Positions 25,906-39,822 of a stretch of 64,000 bases of DNA are shown here, in pieces. The position numbers and the translations under genes were made by a program. Below the pieces are notes generated by a model that searched no databases, was not told the origin of the DNA, and was given only the letters and a program-made list of their open reading frames with translations. This stretch comes from Octopus sinensis (taxonomy: Eukaryota). The DNA is taken from assembly GCF_006345805.1 (NCBI RefSeq), contig NC_043000.1, forward strand, positions 33,046,001 to 33,110,000, read 5' to 3'. Every line of letters begins with the position of its first letter. Position 1 is the stretch's first letter.

Positions 25906-26270
25906 GAGTGGGGGAGCAGCGCATACCATCAAAGTGACACTGGGGTAAAATATACGAAGCCCAGTATACCCATCATGACTACCCGTCTGATAAGGGTATA
26001 CTAGGCACAGGCATCACAACCATATGTGCGCAACATGGTGATCTCATATCAAGATTAACAGCGCATGACCTTGCAGGTGGGGCCCAGTTAGAATTTTCTT
26101 CTGGTCGAGTAACCCATCCTACTCAAAAGGTCCCTGAATAAGATTTGTTTAAGGATAATGAACAAAGCACCCATGTTTCTAGAGGTGAATTATCCAAACT
26201 TCAAAGAATTCCTCTCAACACATGGCTATGATGCTCCCCCACTACTTCTGCTCGTGATCAGAGATGCACA
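25906..26270 (-). mobile_element. Family X copy (365 bp)
   Basis: Same fixed end as the other X copies; sits in the (ATT)n tail of a SINE B 3' fragment. Confidence 0.85.
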
Positions 26271-27448
26271 AACTAACTGGCTAGTCTATTCCGGAGAACT
26301 TTCCGGTCGGTAACTATCATGGATAATTTCCAGGCGTCCTTGGCCTGGCAGTGCTACTACCGGTTCGAGATAAACTCTACAAGCACGGATGTGCTGTGAG
26401 ACAGGCTTGTCCGAGGTTCTGCACGTTCAATGTCCGGGCATTGCTAACTTGTGGGGTTTCCGAGGTTCTGCACGTTCAATGTCCGGGCATTGCTAACTTG
26501 TGGGGTTATGTCGAACAGCTTCTATCACGTGTGGGACGGACCCGACTGTCGACCGAGTCTGTAGTGATAATCGCACCGCCACCCTCCTTCAATCGGGCAG
26601 GCAAAGCAGTCGTCCTTTTCCTGGTGGTTGTGGCGAAAGAGGTTGTTTGGTGGAGGAAGCTGAAAGGCATGAGGACAGAAAACATTCCTCTTTGGTAGAA
26701 CTCTCATTGATTTCTTCAAGTTTCACTTGAAAAGGAAATTGTAGAGAGGGACGTACTGTCCCCGGGTGAGTTTATTGAAAGCTGATGGTACCTCTCTAAG
26801 TGTAGACCTGTGAGTCGGAGAGCAGGAATTGGAGTTGGTGTTCAGGGAAATCTCGGACAGCGGGGTTCCTCGATTATCTCAAGATGTCCTCCTCCCTCTG
26901 GAGGGTCACATCTCTGTTATCCTTTCCCGCCTTTTTTAAACCTTTGTATATTATGTATATGTCCCTTCTTTTTCAGTGTATACCGTGTATACTTAACCCT
27001 TTTAAAAATCATTTTATTATATGTAAAGCCCCACACTTTATTTCTGTCTTTGTGTTGTCCTTCTAATCCTTTGCCCTGGTGGCAAATAAATGAAATCATC
27101 ATCAGCTTGAGGGAAAGGGAGGTACTGTTACCCTTCAAGTTCGCTGGAAGGTGAGTCAATGTGGCAAGAATGGCCTGCGTGAATGAGCCCACTCTAAGAG
27201 TGCATCTGTAGGCCGGAAGGAAAGGAGAAGAAAGGGTGCCTACCTGAGGAGCCGTTGATGCTAAGGGGTCCAAAGTGCATGAGGTCTCTTTGGTCAACTT
27301 ACGGTGGAACTCCCCCCCCCCTATTGGGGAAACATTGTTAATTTAATCACTTTGTTAATCGTTGCGTTTGTTGGCTGTTTAACCTCACTGCCCCCCGTCT
27401 GTGTATCGTCCTCTATGTTTTGTGTTCGGCTCTGGTGGCCAATAAAGA

Positions 27449-27517
<69 letters not shown>
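26271..27517 (+). mobile_element. Tx1/L1-like LINE 3' fragment with 3' UTR and (AAT)n tail
   Basis: RDKLYKHGCAVRQACPR...VLHVQCP...LWGYVEQLL...VAKEVVWW; homologous to 32563-33543; contains an internal tandem duplication of about 48 bp. Confidence 0.75.
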
Positions 27518-27518
<1 letters not shown>

Positions 27519-27547
27519 TTATCATTATTATTATTATTATTATTATT

Positions 27548-27972
27548 GAGTGAGAGAGTAGTTCATGCCATCAAAGTGACACTGGGGTAAAATATACGAA
27601 GCCCAATATACCCATCATGACTACCCGTCTGATAAGGGTACACCAGGCACATGCATCACAACCATATGTGCGCGACATGGTGATATCATATCAAGATAAA
27701 CAGCACATGACCTTGCAGGTGGTGCCCAGTTAGAATTTTCTTCAGGTTGAGTAGCCCATCCCGCTCAAAAGGTCCTTGAATAAGGATTGTTTAAGGATGT
27801 TGAAAGAACCATCCATGTTTCCAGAGGTGAATTATTCAAACCCAAAGAATCCCTCTCAACACATGGCTATGATGCTCCCCCACTACTTCTGCTCGTGATC
27901 AGAGATGCACATATCGTCAGCCACTAAGGGACATGCTCAACTGGTTAAGGTCAAACAACTGACAAGCAAATC
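27548..27972 (-). mobile_element. Family X copy (425 bp)
   Basis: (ATT)n on both flanks. Confidence 0.88.
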
Positions 27973-28030
<58 letters not shown>

Positions 28031-28177
28031 CATCATCATCATCGTCGTCGTCATCATCATTATTATTGTTGTTGTTGTTGTTGTTGTTGTGTTGTTGTTG
28101 TTGTTGTTGTTGTTGTTGTGTTATTGTTCTTATAAAAGACATCATCATCATCATCATCATCATTATTATTGTTATTA

Positions 28178-28385
28178 GAATCGTAAGCTGATATAATCGC
28201 TAGAGTGTGAGAAAAATTACTTTGCAGTGTTTATTTCGGCCCTTTACGTTCTGAGTTCAAATCCTGCCGATGTCAGCTTAGCCGTTCTTCCCTCCGGGAT
28301 TCAATGATATGTCAGTCGAGCAATAGGATCGATGCTATCTACAAAGCTCCTCCTTCTAAATTATTAGTTTTGAGTCTAAATAAGA
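28178..28385 (+). mobile_element. Degenerate SINE family B
   Basis: ctttacgttctgagttcaaatcctgccgatgtcagcttagcc. Confidence 0.65.
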
Positions 28386-29247
28386 AACCTTTGTTGTTTT
28401 TGTTGTATTTCGAGGAACGCTGGGGTGTTGAGGCGTGGCTCTGCAAAGGAGTAGCAATTCTATGTATGTAATGAAAAAATAATTTTTTTTCAGATTTTTA
28501 CGTTTTGGAATATTTCAGTCTCCACCCCTTTTACCTTTTGTGGAAAAAAATAAGGTCTGTCGTTGAATATCTTTGGCTATTCTTTCTTATAAATTTTCGC
28601 GTATTTGTTTAACTAAATGACTTCTTTATCCAGCTGGCAACCCCTCCCCCCAGTTTTGAACAGGTGTTCGAAAATTTGAAATCATTAACTTGAATCTTTT
28701 TTAAAGAAATAAAAAGACATTTCACAAACAGAACGAAAAAATGGCAACACTTAAACAAGCAAATAGTTTTACTTTACAGGAAAAAAATGACGAGTTTACA
28801 AATATTTTGCCAGTGCTATCTGCCAAAACCAACAATGGAAGTGGCAATGATGGTAATAAATCTTTCGTTGGTATCAACTGCCAAAATTAATTCTGAAGGC
28901 GGATCAACTGTTAGAAATATCGTGTGATAAGTATATTATGAAATCGTCTGCTTTCTTATCAAACTATTTTCAAAGAAAACGTAGAGAGAAAATAAAGAAA
29001 AACATGATATCTCTCTAGTTATCAAAAAATGAAGGAGTTTTCAGCATGCCATTAAAAGAGTGGTTAAAGAAGCCCTGGCTGAAATATAGGACTATATGGC
29101 TGGTCACGAAGCTTGGGTGAGGCGACACACTGTGTTAGTCCCCCCACAAACCTTATCACAAGCTCATCTCGCAATACTTGGGACAACATCACAACGGTCA
29201 GAGCCGAAGATGTAGGCAATAATAATGACCTGCAGCTTTCATCACAG

Positions 29248-29403
29248 CTGCGATGCAATATGGAAAGGTTTGGGATGCCAACGTGATCAATAACTATTAC
29301 CGATTAGGTGGAACCTGCAAAGATATGCGGGATCAGTATAACCCAGATGATCACAGAGCTATTCCTGTGAGCGCCATCGGAGGGGCCGAATTGCAACATA
29401 TGC
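29248..29403 (+). CDS. Candidate 156-nt exon (phase 1-1) or decayed ORF: AMQYGKVWDANVINNYYRLGGTCKDMRDQYNPDDHRAIPVSAIGGAELQHM
   Basis: CAG acceptor at 29245-29247, GTAAGT donor at 29404, open frame, complex amino-acid composition. No homologue recognised. Confidence 0.3.
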
Positions 29404-29426
29404 GTAAGTCAGGGTCACTTGAACGC

Positions 29427-29660
29427 TTTACTCTTTACTCTTTTACACTTTTACTTGTTTCAGTCATTTGACTGCGGCCATGCTGGAGCACCGCCTTTAA
29501 TCGAGCAATTCGACCCCGGAACTTATTCTTTTTGTAAGCCCAGTACTTATTCTATCGGTCTCTTTTGCCGAACCGCTAAGTAACGGGGACATAAACACAC
29601 CAGCATCGGTTGTCAAGCAATGCTAGGGGGATAAACACAGACACACAAACACACACACGC
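29427..29660 (-). mobile_element. SINE family A tail (young-looking)
   Basis: cttgtttcagtcatttgactgcggccatgctggagcaccgcc...cagcatcggttgtcaagc. Confidence 0.9.
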
Positions 29661-30069
29661 ATATGAAAATTTGGAAAAAAAGAGGAAGAGAGAGGACAGA
29701 ACCTAAGTCAACACCAAAAGCAGCTGGATCCAGAGATACTGGCTGCGGTTTCGACGTTAACCTAAAATCTTTCGTCGTCCCAGCTATCAGCAGCGAAATC
29801 CGCCTCTCATTAGTAACACCTGATCTTCTTTCAATAATGAGGAGTAAATGGAGGCTGAAAAAAGGGCGGGAAATTGTGACAGATGACGAAAAAGAAAACA
29901 ATTATGCGGGTGGAGAAAGTGAACCCCCTAAATGGCATCAACGCACAAATTTCCCTTTCCTTCGACGAATAACCCGGGTGTTAATATATCACAGCCGAGT
30001 TCCAGAGACATCTGCTGAACAGCCAAGAACCACTTGAGGAATTTCTGCTGTGAAGAAATGGAAGACGAA

Positions 30070-30128
<59 letters not shown>

Positions 30129-30302
30129 AAGAGATAGAAAGAAACAGTGAATGGAGAGAGAGGATGAGAGAGAGAAACCCTGCGATGGAAACAGCATCTC
30201 CCAACATACCGGATAACACATCAAGAATGACAAAGAGAGAAGTGAGCCTCTTATTTTTGACGACACCACCACCACCACCACCACCACCACCACCACCACC
30301 TC

Positions 30303-30342
<40 letters not shown>

Positions 30343-30845
30343 GCAACAGCAGCAGCAGCAGCAGCACCAGTAAAAGCAGGTGGTTTCTACAGCTGCAAAA
30401 ACAACAGTAATAGTAGTAGCAGGAACTGCAATCACAGTAGCACCGACAGCAGTAGCAGCAGCAGCAACAACAACAACAACAACAACAACAGTGAAAGCAA
30501 CAACGTCAACAAACAAATCACCAACATCGACAGCAGTGAAATTAACAGCGTCAGAAACCCACCAAAACATCAAGAATTTTATCAACAGTAAAATCGCAAA
30601 AAAAACCCAGCAAGATTTTCCCCTCCCGTGCTCGGAGCAATCAGATGTAACCTGCGTTGGGAGGGAGCAGGAAGACCCTAATTGGCAAAAGCTTCGTAGA
30701 TCAAACAAAAGGGAAAGAAACAAAATGACACCGAAATCTACATAAAAAACGATCAGTTATGACCAGAGTGGAGAGACGCTGTGTGTGTGTCCGTGTGTCC
30801 GTCCATACATACATACAAACATACATACATACATACATACATACA

Positions 30846-30879
<34 letters not shown>

Positions 30880-31199
30880 CATACATACGTACGTACAAAC
30901 AAATTCTCAAATAATTATTCCAGCAGCATCCACACCAGCACCGTCAACAACAACATCACCCCCATCACTTCCATCACCACCACCACCATCACGAGTACTA
31001 CCATCACAAGAACAACCCAATTCACACACACAACTTTCTGATCACACATCTCAACACCAGCAAAGGTCGAACATTTTGAACTACACAGCAATAAACACCA
31101 ACAATAAAAGAGCTGTTGTAATCCTTTGTCGGATACAGTGTCCAATCCGTTATAGCAGTATAGTTAGTAAAGAAAAGCAAGACCACGACTATCTATGAT

Positions 31200-32560
31200 C
31201 GTCTACTTCGTACTCTCTACTACACTCAGTATTTGTAACGACTAAGATATACCACTCGTCACGTAGTTTGGGCGTTCTGTTATTACTATTATCCCCATAA
31301 CATCTTCCCTTTTAAGTTTTGCTTTTTTCTTCGGAAGTGTAAATTTATTTCTTTTAATAGCAATAATTTTTACATCAACCCACCTCCCTGTTTTGAGTTT
31401 TTTTTTTCATACAGCAAAACATTTAATATTTTTTGCGTTTGGCATCCACTTCTAGGAACTCCGTACATTTTCATTTTTCTTATGCTTGTGCATCTGGGTT
31501 CAATTCTTTGTAGTGGCGTTAGTACTTGAAAAGAAGCATTGGTTCTTCCATTCTCTTGGGTTCGCTCTCAACGAATCTTTTTTTTCGGTGGTTCATGTGT
31601 CTCTTGTATACCTCTTTTCTTCCTTTTCCTATGCGTTTGGTAATCACGCCATCTTCCTAACTTTGTTTTCCCTTCTTATATGTCCTCACAAATACATTTT
31701 CACCACTTTTGAAATACCTTGCTGTATTATCCGTTGCGATTTTCCTTTCTTGCCAGGCAATAATTTGTCGAAGACTGATTCTATTTTCTTCGCAAACATT
31801 AGCTCCACTGGTGACATACCTGCTAGTGTGCTTGAATTTGGTGTCACACAGTATACTCTTAAGAATTGTAGTAGAGTTACCTCATCCATGACTTCCTTAT
31901 TCGACTTTCTTAGGGCTCTCTTGAACGTATCGACAAAGCGTTCTGCTTGACCGTTAGATCTGGGATGGTATGGTGCCGTAATCACATGTTCGACAGCGAA
32001 CGTTTTACAAAACTTTTTAAATTCAAAAGACACAAATTGTGTTCCATTGTCAGATACTATCGCGTCTAAGATGCCAAATCTCGCAAACAGCTCATGTAAA
32101 AAATTTATCGCAGTTGAAGAGGTTGGTTTTTTACACTTACAAATTCCTGGCCATTTAGAGAAACTATCAACTACCACTTAGTAGGATGAACCGTTTAAAA
32201 GAACCAGCGAAATCGATGTGTAGTCTCGACCACTGAACGTCTATTTTTGGCCATGGTTCACTTTTTATCGTCAGTAATTTTGCTGCAAGAGCATATCCTC
32301 TACAGCCTTTCACCAAATTTTCAATTTCTCTTTTTTCCATTTTTGACAAGTACACGTAGCATTAAAGCTTTCATCCTCGAAATACCAAGATGTTCAGCAG
32401 GGAATTCGCTCAACATTTTCTTTTGCAGTGTTTCAGGTATTACTACTCTCTGTGCATACATCAGTATGCAATCAAAAATTGGTTTCATTTTGCACCAATC
32501 CTGTTACAATTTACTTTTCCTGATGTGCACACATATGCTGAGGCTGTAACATCTGCAGCG
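31200..32560 (-). mobile_element. Gypsy-type LTR retrotransposon remnant (integrase, PPT, start of 3' LTR)
   Basis: WSRLHIDFAG, VVDSFSKWP, IVSDNGTQF, TAPYHPRSNGQAERFVDTFK. PPT AAAAGGGAAGA (31313-31303) followed by TGTTATGGGG at 31302. Confidence 0.88.
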
Positions 32561-32562
32561 CT

Positions 32563-33543
32563 TCCTAGACGGTGAGCAGGTATGGTCACCGTTTGTTAGA
32601 CACGACTTTCCACATCTCGTCTCTGTCTGAGCTGTAGTCCTGGATCAAGCGTAAACCGACGAGGGGCACCTGGCATCTAGAGTATCAACAGTAACCCACA
32701 GTCCTTTGTCAGTTGAGCAATGTGGTCGGTGGAAATTCCACTCAGGCGTTGTATAGAGGGTTAGTGGCGGGCAAGTGTGACTACGTTCCTGGGGAGAATC
32801 TGGAATTGGATGAGAATGAGTTGGCTTGTCTGTTCCGGAGGACTTTTGGGCTGAGGCCTACGGATAATCTCTTAAAATCCCAGGCCTGGTAGTACTACCT
32901 GGTGGAATTGTCGGTTCGGGATAAGCTCTACAGGTATGGATGTGCTGTCAGCCGAGCTTGCCCGAGGTGCGCGCAGAGCAACGAAACTGTTCTGCATGGT
33001 TTTATACAGTGCCCGAGCATTGTTGACCTGTGGGTTTATGTCAAATACCTACTGACGGATCCGGTTATCAGCTGAGTCCATCGTGAAGATCACCTCGCCA
33101 CCTTTCTTTGACCGGAAAGAGCAGGAAGTGTCTTTTTGTCTGGTGTGATGGACCAGATTGAAAGGCCTGATGACAGACACTTTCCTCTTTGGCCAAGGCC
33201 TCATCAACTTTTTCAAGTTTCACTTAATAAAAAAAGTGAGAGTAGAGAGGGAAGTACTGCCTCCCAGCAATTTTGTTAAAAGATGGCTGAATTTAGCGCG
33301 AATGGTGCGAGTGAACGGGCCTACTCTAAGCATGCACCTCTAGATCAAAGCTAGATGGAGTAGAAAGGGTACTTGCCCTATATGTCAGGGCGATCGTGGT
33401 TTTTATGTGGTTTCCACAAGCAGCCCTTGGGAGATTTACTTGTTATAATTTTTATTGTTATTGACTTTTTACACCATTCAATCCCATTGTACCGTCCCCA
33501 ATCTCTTTTTTTATATGAACCCACAGTGGTTAATAGAGAAAGA
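32563..33543 (+). mobile_element. Tx1/L1-like LINE 3' fragment
   Basis: RDKLYRYGCAVSRACPRCAQSNETVLHGFIQCPSIVDLW (C-x2-C...H...C knuckle), LINFFKFHL. Confidence 0.8.
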
Positions 33544-33600
<57 letters not shown>

Positions 33601-33617
33601 TTATTATTATTATTATT

Positions 33618-34150
33618 GAGTGAGAAAGCAGTGCATGCCATCAAAGTGACACTGGGGTAAAATATTCGAAGCCCAGTATACCCATCATGACTATTTGTCT
33701 GATAAGGGTACACCAGGTACATGCATCACAATCATATGTGTGCGACATGGTGATCTCATATCAAGATAAACAGCGCCTGACCTTGCAGGTGGGGCCCAAT
33801 TGGAATTTTCTTCAGGTCGAGTAGCCCATCTCGCTGAATAAAGTTTGTTTAAGGATAATGAACGAAGCACCCATGTTTCCAAAGGTGAATTATCCAAACC
33901 TCTAAGAATTCCTTTCAACACACTGCTATGATGCTCCCCCATTACTTCTGCTCATGATCAGAGATGCACATAACATCAGCCACTAAGGGACATGCCCAAG
34001 TGTTTAAGAACAAGCAAATCTGTGGTATTGAGCAGAATATTTGCTGTAGCCCATTTTTTATACCAAGACAATACAATGTACATGATAATACTTCCAATCA
34101 GTTAAGATCAGAATTCATGAGAGCCACTGCCTGGTACTGCATCAGGGCAT
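33618..34150 (-). mobile_element. Family X longest copy (533 bp)
   Basis: (ATT)n on both flanks. Confidence 0.88.
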
Positions 34151-34176
34151 TTATTATTATTATTATTATTATTATG

Positions 34177-34215
<39 letters not shown>

Positions 34216-35385
34216 TGCTGATCCAGTCAGTCGTTATTTTCAAGTTGCTCTTCCAAAAAATGAATAATTACTTCATGGACTTGTGTATTTTTCTAAAATT
34301 TACTCGCATGTAGATAACTTCGGAAAGCTTTGAGTTTTCACCAACAAAGTTTACAGAAAAAAAGTTTTGGTATTTAAAAAAAAACTTTTTTTACTTTCAT
34401 GCTGATAGCTTACAAAAATCGCTTCCAAATTTCCAAGCCACGCCTCTCGAAAGAAATGTTTACAGAAGCAAGACTGTCACAAACAAAACACACCCGAGGA
34501 CGAACAAGAAAACAAACATTAATCTCAAAGACATCTACATAACAACATACTAAAAACGATGTTAATGACTATTTTGTCGAGAGCCTCGCTTGTTTAACTA
34601 ATGTTAACGTATACACAAACATACACACACACACATATACACACCCACACGTATACACACACAGACACACAAACGCACAGACAACATCTAGTCAAAAGAT
34701 TAAGCACATGAGAGTTTTACCCGGGTGGCAAATCAGGCTTTGGGCATGAGGAGACGTTCCTGGAACGAAAGGGCTTGTTAGGAACCTCCGTCCAGACAAG
34801 ACAGCGTCTCTCTCTTTCTGAAGAATTCATACAAGAATGGGCAAAGAGTAAATTAATTAGGCTGCATCATTTAAAGAACAGCAGCAAGTTTTAGTTATAC
34901 TTAAAATAACCGTTGGAAGAAGCCGTACACGACATATTGTGTGGAATTCTGTCGACTGAGTGTAGGAAACCTTTTGAAAGAGAGCATTGTGCTTTTAGGA
35001 CTGAGGACTCAATCAAAAAGCTGGGTGAACTAGTGAAACACCGCACCCCACATGTGCCCCAATATCCAGAGTAGAGAAATACGGTGACGAGAAGAAATAT
35101 GTGTTCGGGGAAGAGTAATGACGAACTTTCAAATCCTGATGACCCTTGAAAATCACGAGTCTATAAGAAAGCTGTTTCCAAGTGAGGGCGCAGGTGCAGA
35201 AGCATGAGACTGACGGCTGAAGATAGAAGGACCAGTTGCTAAACATGTGGTAGCTACAACCACTTGGAGGTCTTTTGCTCTAAAGATTAGAGAAGTGGAG
35301 AGAGAGAGGAAAGAAGTAGAGTGAAGCATGGCTGCAACAAGATCAGCAGGTTTCAGCTTCTTGGGCATTATCAGTCACAACTCCG

Positions 35386-35555
35386 ATAATGGCTGAGTTC
35401 AAATTCCGCCGAGGTCGACTTTGCCTTTCATCCTTTCGGGGTCGATAAATTAAGTACCAGTTACGCACTGAGGTCGATATAAGCGACTTAATCCGTTTGT
35501 CTGTCCTTGTTTGTCTCCTCTATGTTTAGCCCCTTGTGGGTAGTAAAGAAATAGA
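35386..35555 (+). mobile_element. SINE family B, 5'-truncated
   Basis: gagttcaaattccgccgaggtcgactttgcctttcatcctttcggggtcgataaattaagtaccag. Confidence 0.92.
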
Positions 35556-36169
35556 TAATGTCGGGGGAAATTATCTTTCCACATAGCTAACAGCACCCCA
35601 CTCTCCATTGTCTTGTGACGAGCAAGGTGGTATGCAGGAAAACCAAGGAGAACAAATTATCGGTGAAAATGTATATAAAAAAGAATGCCTCAAAAAAGAG
35701 GAGAGGTAAATTGAAAAGAGGCCTCCACCTCCCAGAAAACCGTTATGACGTTCACAGTAGCGCGACAGGGTGACGTCGACGCAGTCGATGTATATATTAA
35801 AAACATCTCTTGAACTTCTTGGCAAAATATTTTCGGAAGACATTTAAAAAAACATGTGAACGATAGAGTATTAGTGAAGTTCTCATCATGAATTTCTGAG
35901 CACATGAAAGAAATAGAATCTGAATATGTTGGGATGTTGCTAAACTGCTCTGCTAACTGATAGGTTTTGGTGTCCCAGAATTAAGCCAAAGAAATGGCAG
36001 AAAGGCAGAGCAATTGAGTGACCTGACCCAACATAACTAGTGGGTAATTACGCATATCTGGATGTCTTGCATGCGTTTCTAAATAAATTTAAATCTTGTG
36101 ATAATTATTGTATAATATAATTTTATATTTATTTCACGTATTTTTGAAATACTTATCCATCTGTTGTAC

Positions 36170-36440
36170 AACGCTACCCCTGTTTCTATGTAGCACCAAA
36201 CACTTCCTGCGCTTGCAACGCTTCATCAACCGAAAGGAGGTGGGAGATTCAGTGAAGTTCTTCGCCACGAAGGACAAGAAATGGTATCTGTGTAGGGTCG
36301 ATGAACTGGCAGAAAGGTGACTTTAGACGGTGCAACACGATGGCCTTTACTTTGAATTCTAGGCTGTTCTTGTTGTAACTTGCTGAATAAAGCAAATAAG
36401 TTGCCAAACTATTGAATAAATTTTGACTCAACACAATAAC
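36170..36440 (+). mobile_element. Mariner transposase C-terminal remnant with degenerate TIR
   Basis: HFLRLQRFIN...FFATKDKKWY...DELAER..TVQHDGLYFE resembles mariner C-termini. Confidence 0.6.
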
Positions 36441-37499
36441 AACCAGAACCCATTGAGTCTTTAACGGGTTGATGTTGAGTTGATAGATAAAGCCGGTTTT
36501 AGTTACAGTATATGGGTGCGTGGGAGGATTAAATGCGACGATATGTTCAGCCCGTTGAAGTGCATTAACACTGCAAAGCTGTTGAGATACATCTTGAAGG
36601 AACGGTAAGAATATATACACAACGGTTTAACACGCAGCTGGTACATAATTATGATGTATGCAATATAGAATAGGAAACCAAATACGAGGCATAACTTCTG
36701 CTGGAAGTCAAGAACAAAGGTACGCGTCAAAGGATGGCTGAGGTTGTCTGCGAAAATAAAACTTGCTCTTTGCAGAAGATCCGAACTCGATTGTGCAAAC
36801 CTACCTCACTGAAGAAATAGAGGGAAAGGCTTCCTTATAAAGTTAAGGGTAGGCTCCCAGCGGAGAGGCATAAATTTCCTGCGATCGGCTGGTCTTTCAG
36901 GTGATGGAATGGAGCGTCAGAGGGCTAGATCGATGTGTGACGCGGTCATGTGACCACTTGCAGAAAACAGGCACACCGTGGACATGTTTCTGCTACAACT
37001 CTAACAGACATAGATATGCTGCACTGGTTCAGCAAGAAACCGGGTCCTTCCAAACACCAGGCACTAAAAGAATTGCTAAAACCACATCAGCAGCCAATCG
37101 ACGGTTTAAGGGTCGTCGCCAGTTATACCAGTAATTGATATTGTGCATCAGCTTAGATTGAAAATAGCCTGGAGCAGATTCACAAAACCTAGTTCGCAAA
37201 AGATGACCGGTCGCACGTGTGTCAGTGCGCACACGCGCGTGTGTGTGGGTGCGTGTCAGTATATGTTTGTGTATATGTGTGTCTGTGTGTGGAGACTAGG
37301 TGGAGTTTTAGGAAAACGGATCCAAGTTTGATAACAGTGGCTTATAATCATTTTCTCGATGGTTTGCGGTTATCTTTTAACATACCACCATATTTTCTCT
37401 CACGACCCGTTCATATATAGTTTATGCTCACGCACATACACTTACACACACGCTCACACAGCAATGTGTGCGTGTGTGTATTTACACATGTATGTGGTG

Positions 37500-37710
37500 C
37501 ATAGGCATGACTTTGGGTAGGGGGAGTTTGCTTCACATTAGCATCGTTCCGGGTTCAGTGCTTACGTCATCTAACATAGCGGATCAGCAAAAGAGACCGA
37601 CAGAATAAGGAACAGGCTTTAAAAAAGAACTGGGGTAAATTTATTCGACTAAAGATTCTTCAAGACGTTGCCTCGGCATGGCCGCAGTCTAATGACTGAA
37701 ACAATTAAAA
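37500..37710 (+). mobile_element. Degenerate, internally deleted SINE family A
   Basis: Head ttccgggttcagtg joined to tail gcaaaagagaccgacagaataag...gcatggccgcagtctaatgactgaaac. Confidence 0.7.
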
Positions 37711-37759
37711 GACAGATTATATATATATATATATACATACATACACACACACACTCACA

Positions 37760-37828
<69 letters not shown>

Positions 37829-37915
37829 CATCTGTCTTGTAATATACTATATATAACTATAAAATAGATTTTGTGGATGTACCAGTTTCCATACTCTTTA
37901 TTATTATTATTATTA

Positions 37916-37960
<45 letters not shown>

Positions 37961-38109
37961 CACACACATATATATATGTATGTATACGTAAATATCGAAG
38001 AATGAAAATGAGTGCTCAAAACTGCATTGGTGGATAGAATCCCTTTATTTGTGTATTAAGGCTACCATTGGTTTCATGTTAAGAAAAATATTTTATTTTT
38101 TGAAGCTGA

Positions 38110-38740
38110 TCACATGGAGGAGTGGTGTTCATTTCCCAGCTATGGTCAACCAACAGTGTAGAATTAACATCAGACCTTGAAGCAATCCAGCAAAGCTTCA
38201 CAAAGAAGATCGTCTCATTGTAACAGCTCAGCTACTGGGAAAGGCTGAAACAGTTAAGACTCTACTCCCTGGAGCGAAGGCGGGAGAGGTATGCAGTAAT
38301 ATACATCTGGAAGATCCTGGAAGGAACTGCGCCAAATTTTGGCATTGAAAGCTACACCAGTGCCAGAACGAGTCGACACTGCACAATACCATAACGAGTC
38401 GACACTGCACAGTGCCAAAGATCCCAACAATGCCATCGCAGTTCAGAAACAGTTACTGCAACAGCTTGGGTTTCAGGGACCCACAGCTTTTTAATATTCT
38501 CCCAAAGATCCTGAGGGACATACACAAAGTGGATGTAGGTGTTTTCAAGTCAAAACTGGAGCGCTTCCTGTCGGGAGACCCAGATGAACATACCTCGCGG
38601 CAAGAGATGCAAATGAAGGTAGCGACATCAAACTCCCTTATTCACTAAATGCCACGTGTTAGAGGAGGCTCTCAATAATAACAGTGTAGCAAAACGGCGA
38701 TGCTCCAGCATGGTCGCAGCTCTGAGCTGAAACTACAGAA
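38110..38740 (+). mobile_element. 3' end of the CR1/L2-type LINE family of 13640-17218
   Basis: LYSLERRRERY.VIYIWKILEG..PNFGIE, NSLGFRDPQLFNILPK, TSRQE...ATSNSLIH; ends in the SINE-A-like tail. Confidence 0.85.
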
Positions 38741-39414
38741 TATATATATATATATATATTAATATTTAGCAGATGTAACAGAGTGACTCAGGCTTCGAAG
38801 TCCAACATATATATATTTATAATGTTGGCAAATGAAATAAAAATAAGAATGTGTTTGACTGGAAAATTCTAGAAGTGGCTGAAGATTGCTCGACATTTTA
38901 AAACTGATGTAATACTTACAGTGTTTAATAAAATGAAGTAGCATGAAACAATTGTACTACTCTACCTTGGATATACTTGTTGCTTATTTTGATTATATAT
39001 ATATGTATGTATGTATATATGTATATAGTTTGCTGTTCTGTTAAGGTAAAATCATCAAATATGTATTCCAACCAGTGGGAGAGAAATATCATTTAATGTA
39101 ACGCTTTATAGATGGGAGCTACAATTAGATTCTTGCATTGGAGACATGGGTCTAGGCTAGGCAGGTTTATACAACATGTCTTGTGTTTACAAGCGCATGG
39201 CCTATTCAATTTACAAATCAGGACCTTTGTACAAGAGAAATTACGAGAATAAACGAGAAAAAGAATATCTATGTGGATGTATATCTGATAAAGCGGAATT
39301 CCAATAAACAGGTAGTGGCCTGCGTCGGCAAGACTTGTATTCTGTAGAAAGAGCGACTGGAAATAAAATGCAGTAAAGCTGCTGTGTGGAGTGAAATACC
39401 GAACAGTACGAAAG

Positions 39415-39790
39415 TACGTACGTACGTATGTATGTATGTATGAACGTACGTACGTACGTATGTATGTATGTATGTATGTATGTATGTATGTATGTATGTA
39501 TGTATGTATGTATGTATGTACGTACGTACGTACGTATGTATGTATGTATGTATGTATGTATGTATGTATGTATGTATGTATGTATGTATGTACGTACGTA
39601 TGTATGTATGTATGTATGTATGTATGTATGTATGTATGTATGTATGTATGTATGTATGTAGTTAGGTATGTATGTATGTACGTATGTATGTATATATGTA
39701 TGTATGCATGTATATATGTATGTATGTATGTACGTATGTACGTATGTATGTATGCATGTATGTATGTATGCATGCATGTATGTATGTATG

Positions 39791-39822
<32 letters not shown>

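Noticed and set aside
30050-30745. Poly-P/Q and Thr/Ala-rich ORFs resembling a transcription factor or mucin
   Set aside because: Built from (GA)n, (CCA)n, (CAA)n and (CAG)n tracts, with no domain or convincing splice structure.
36901-37138. Overlapping ORFs after a TTTCAG acceptor
   Set aside because: No recognisable homology and no clear donor.
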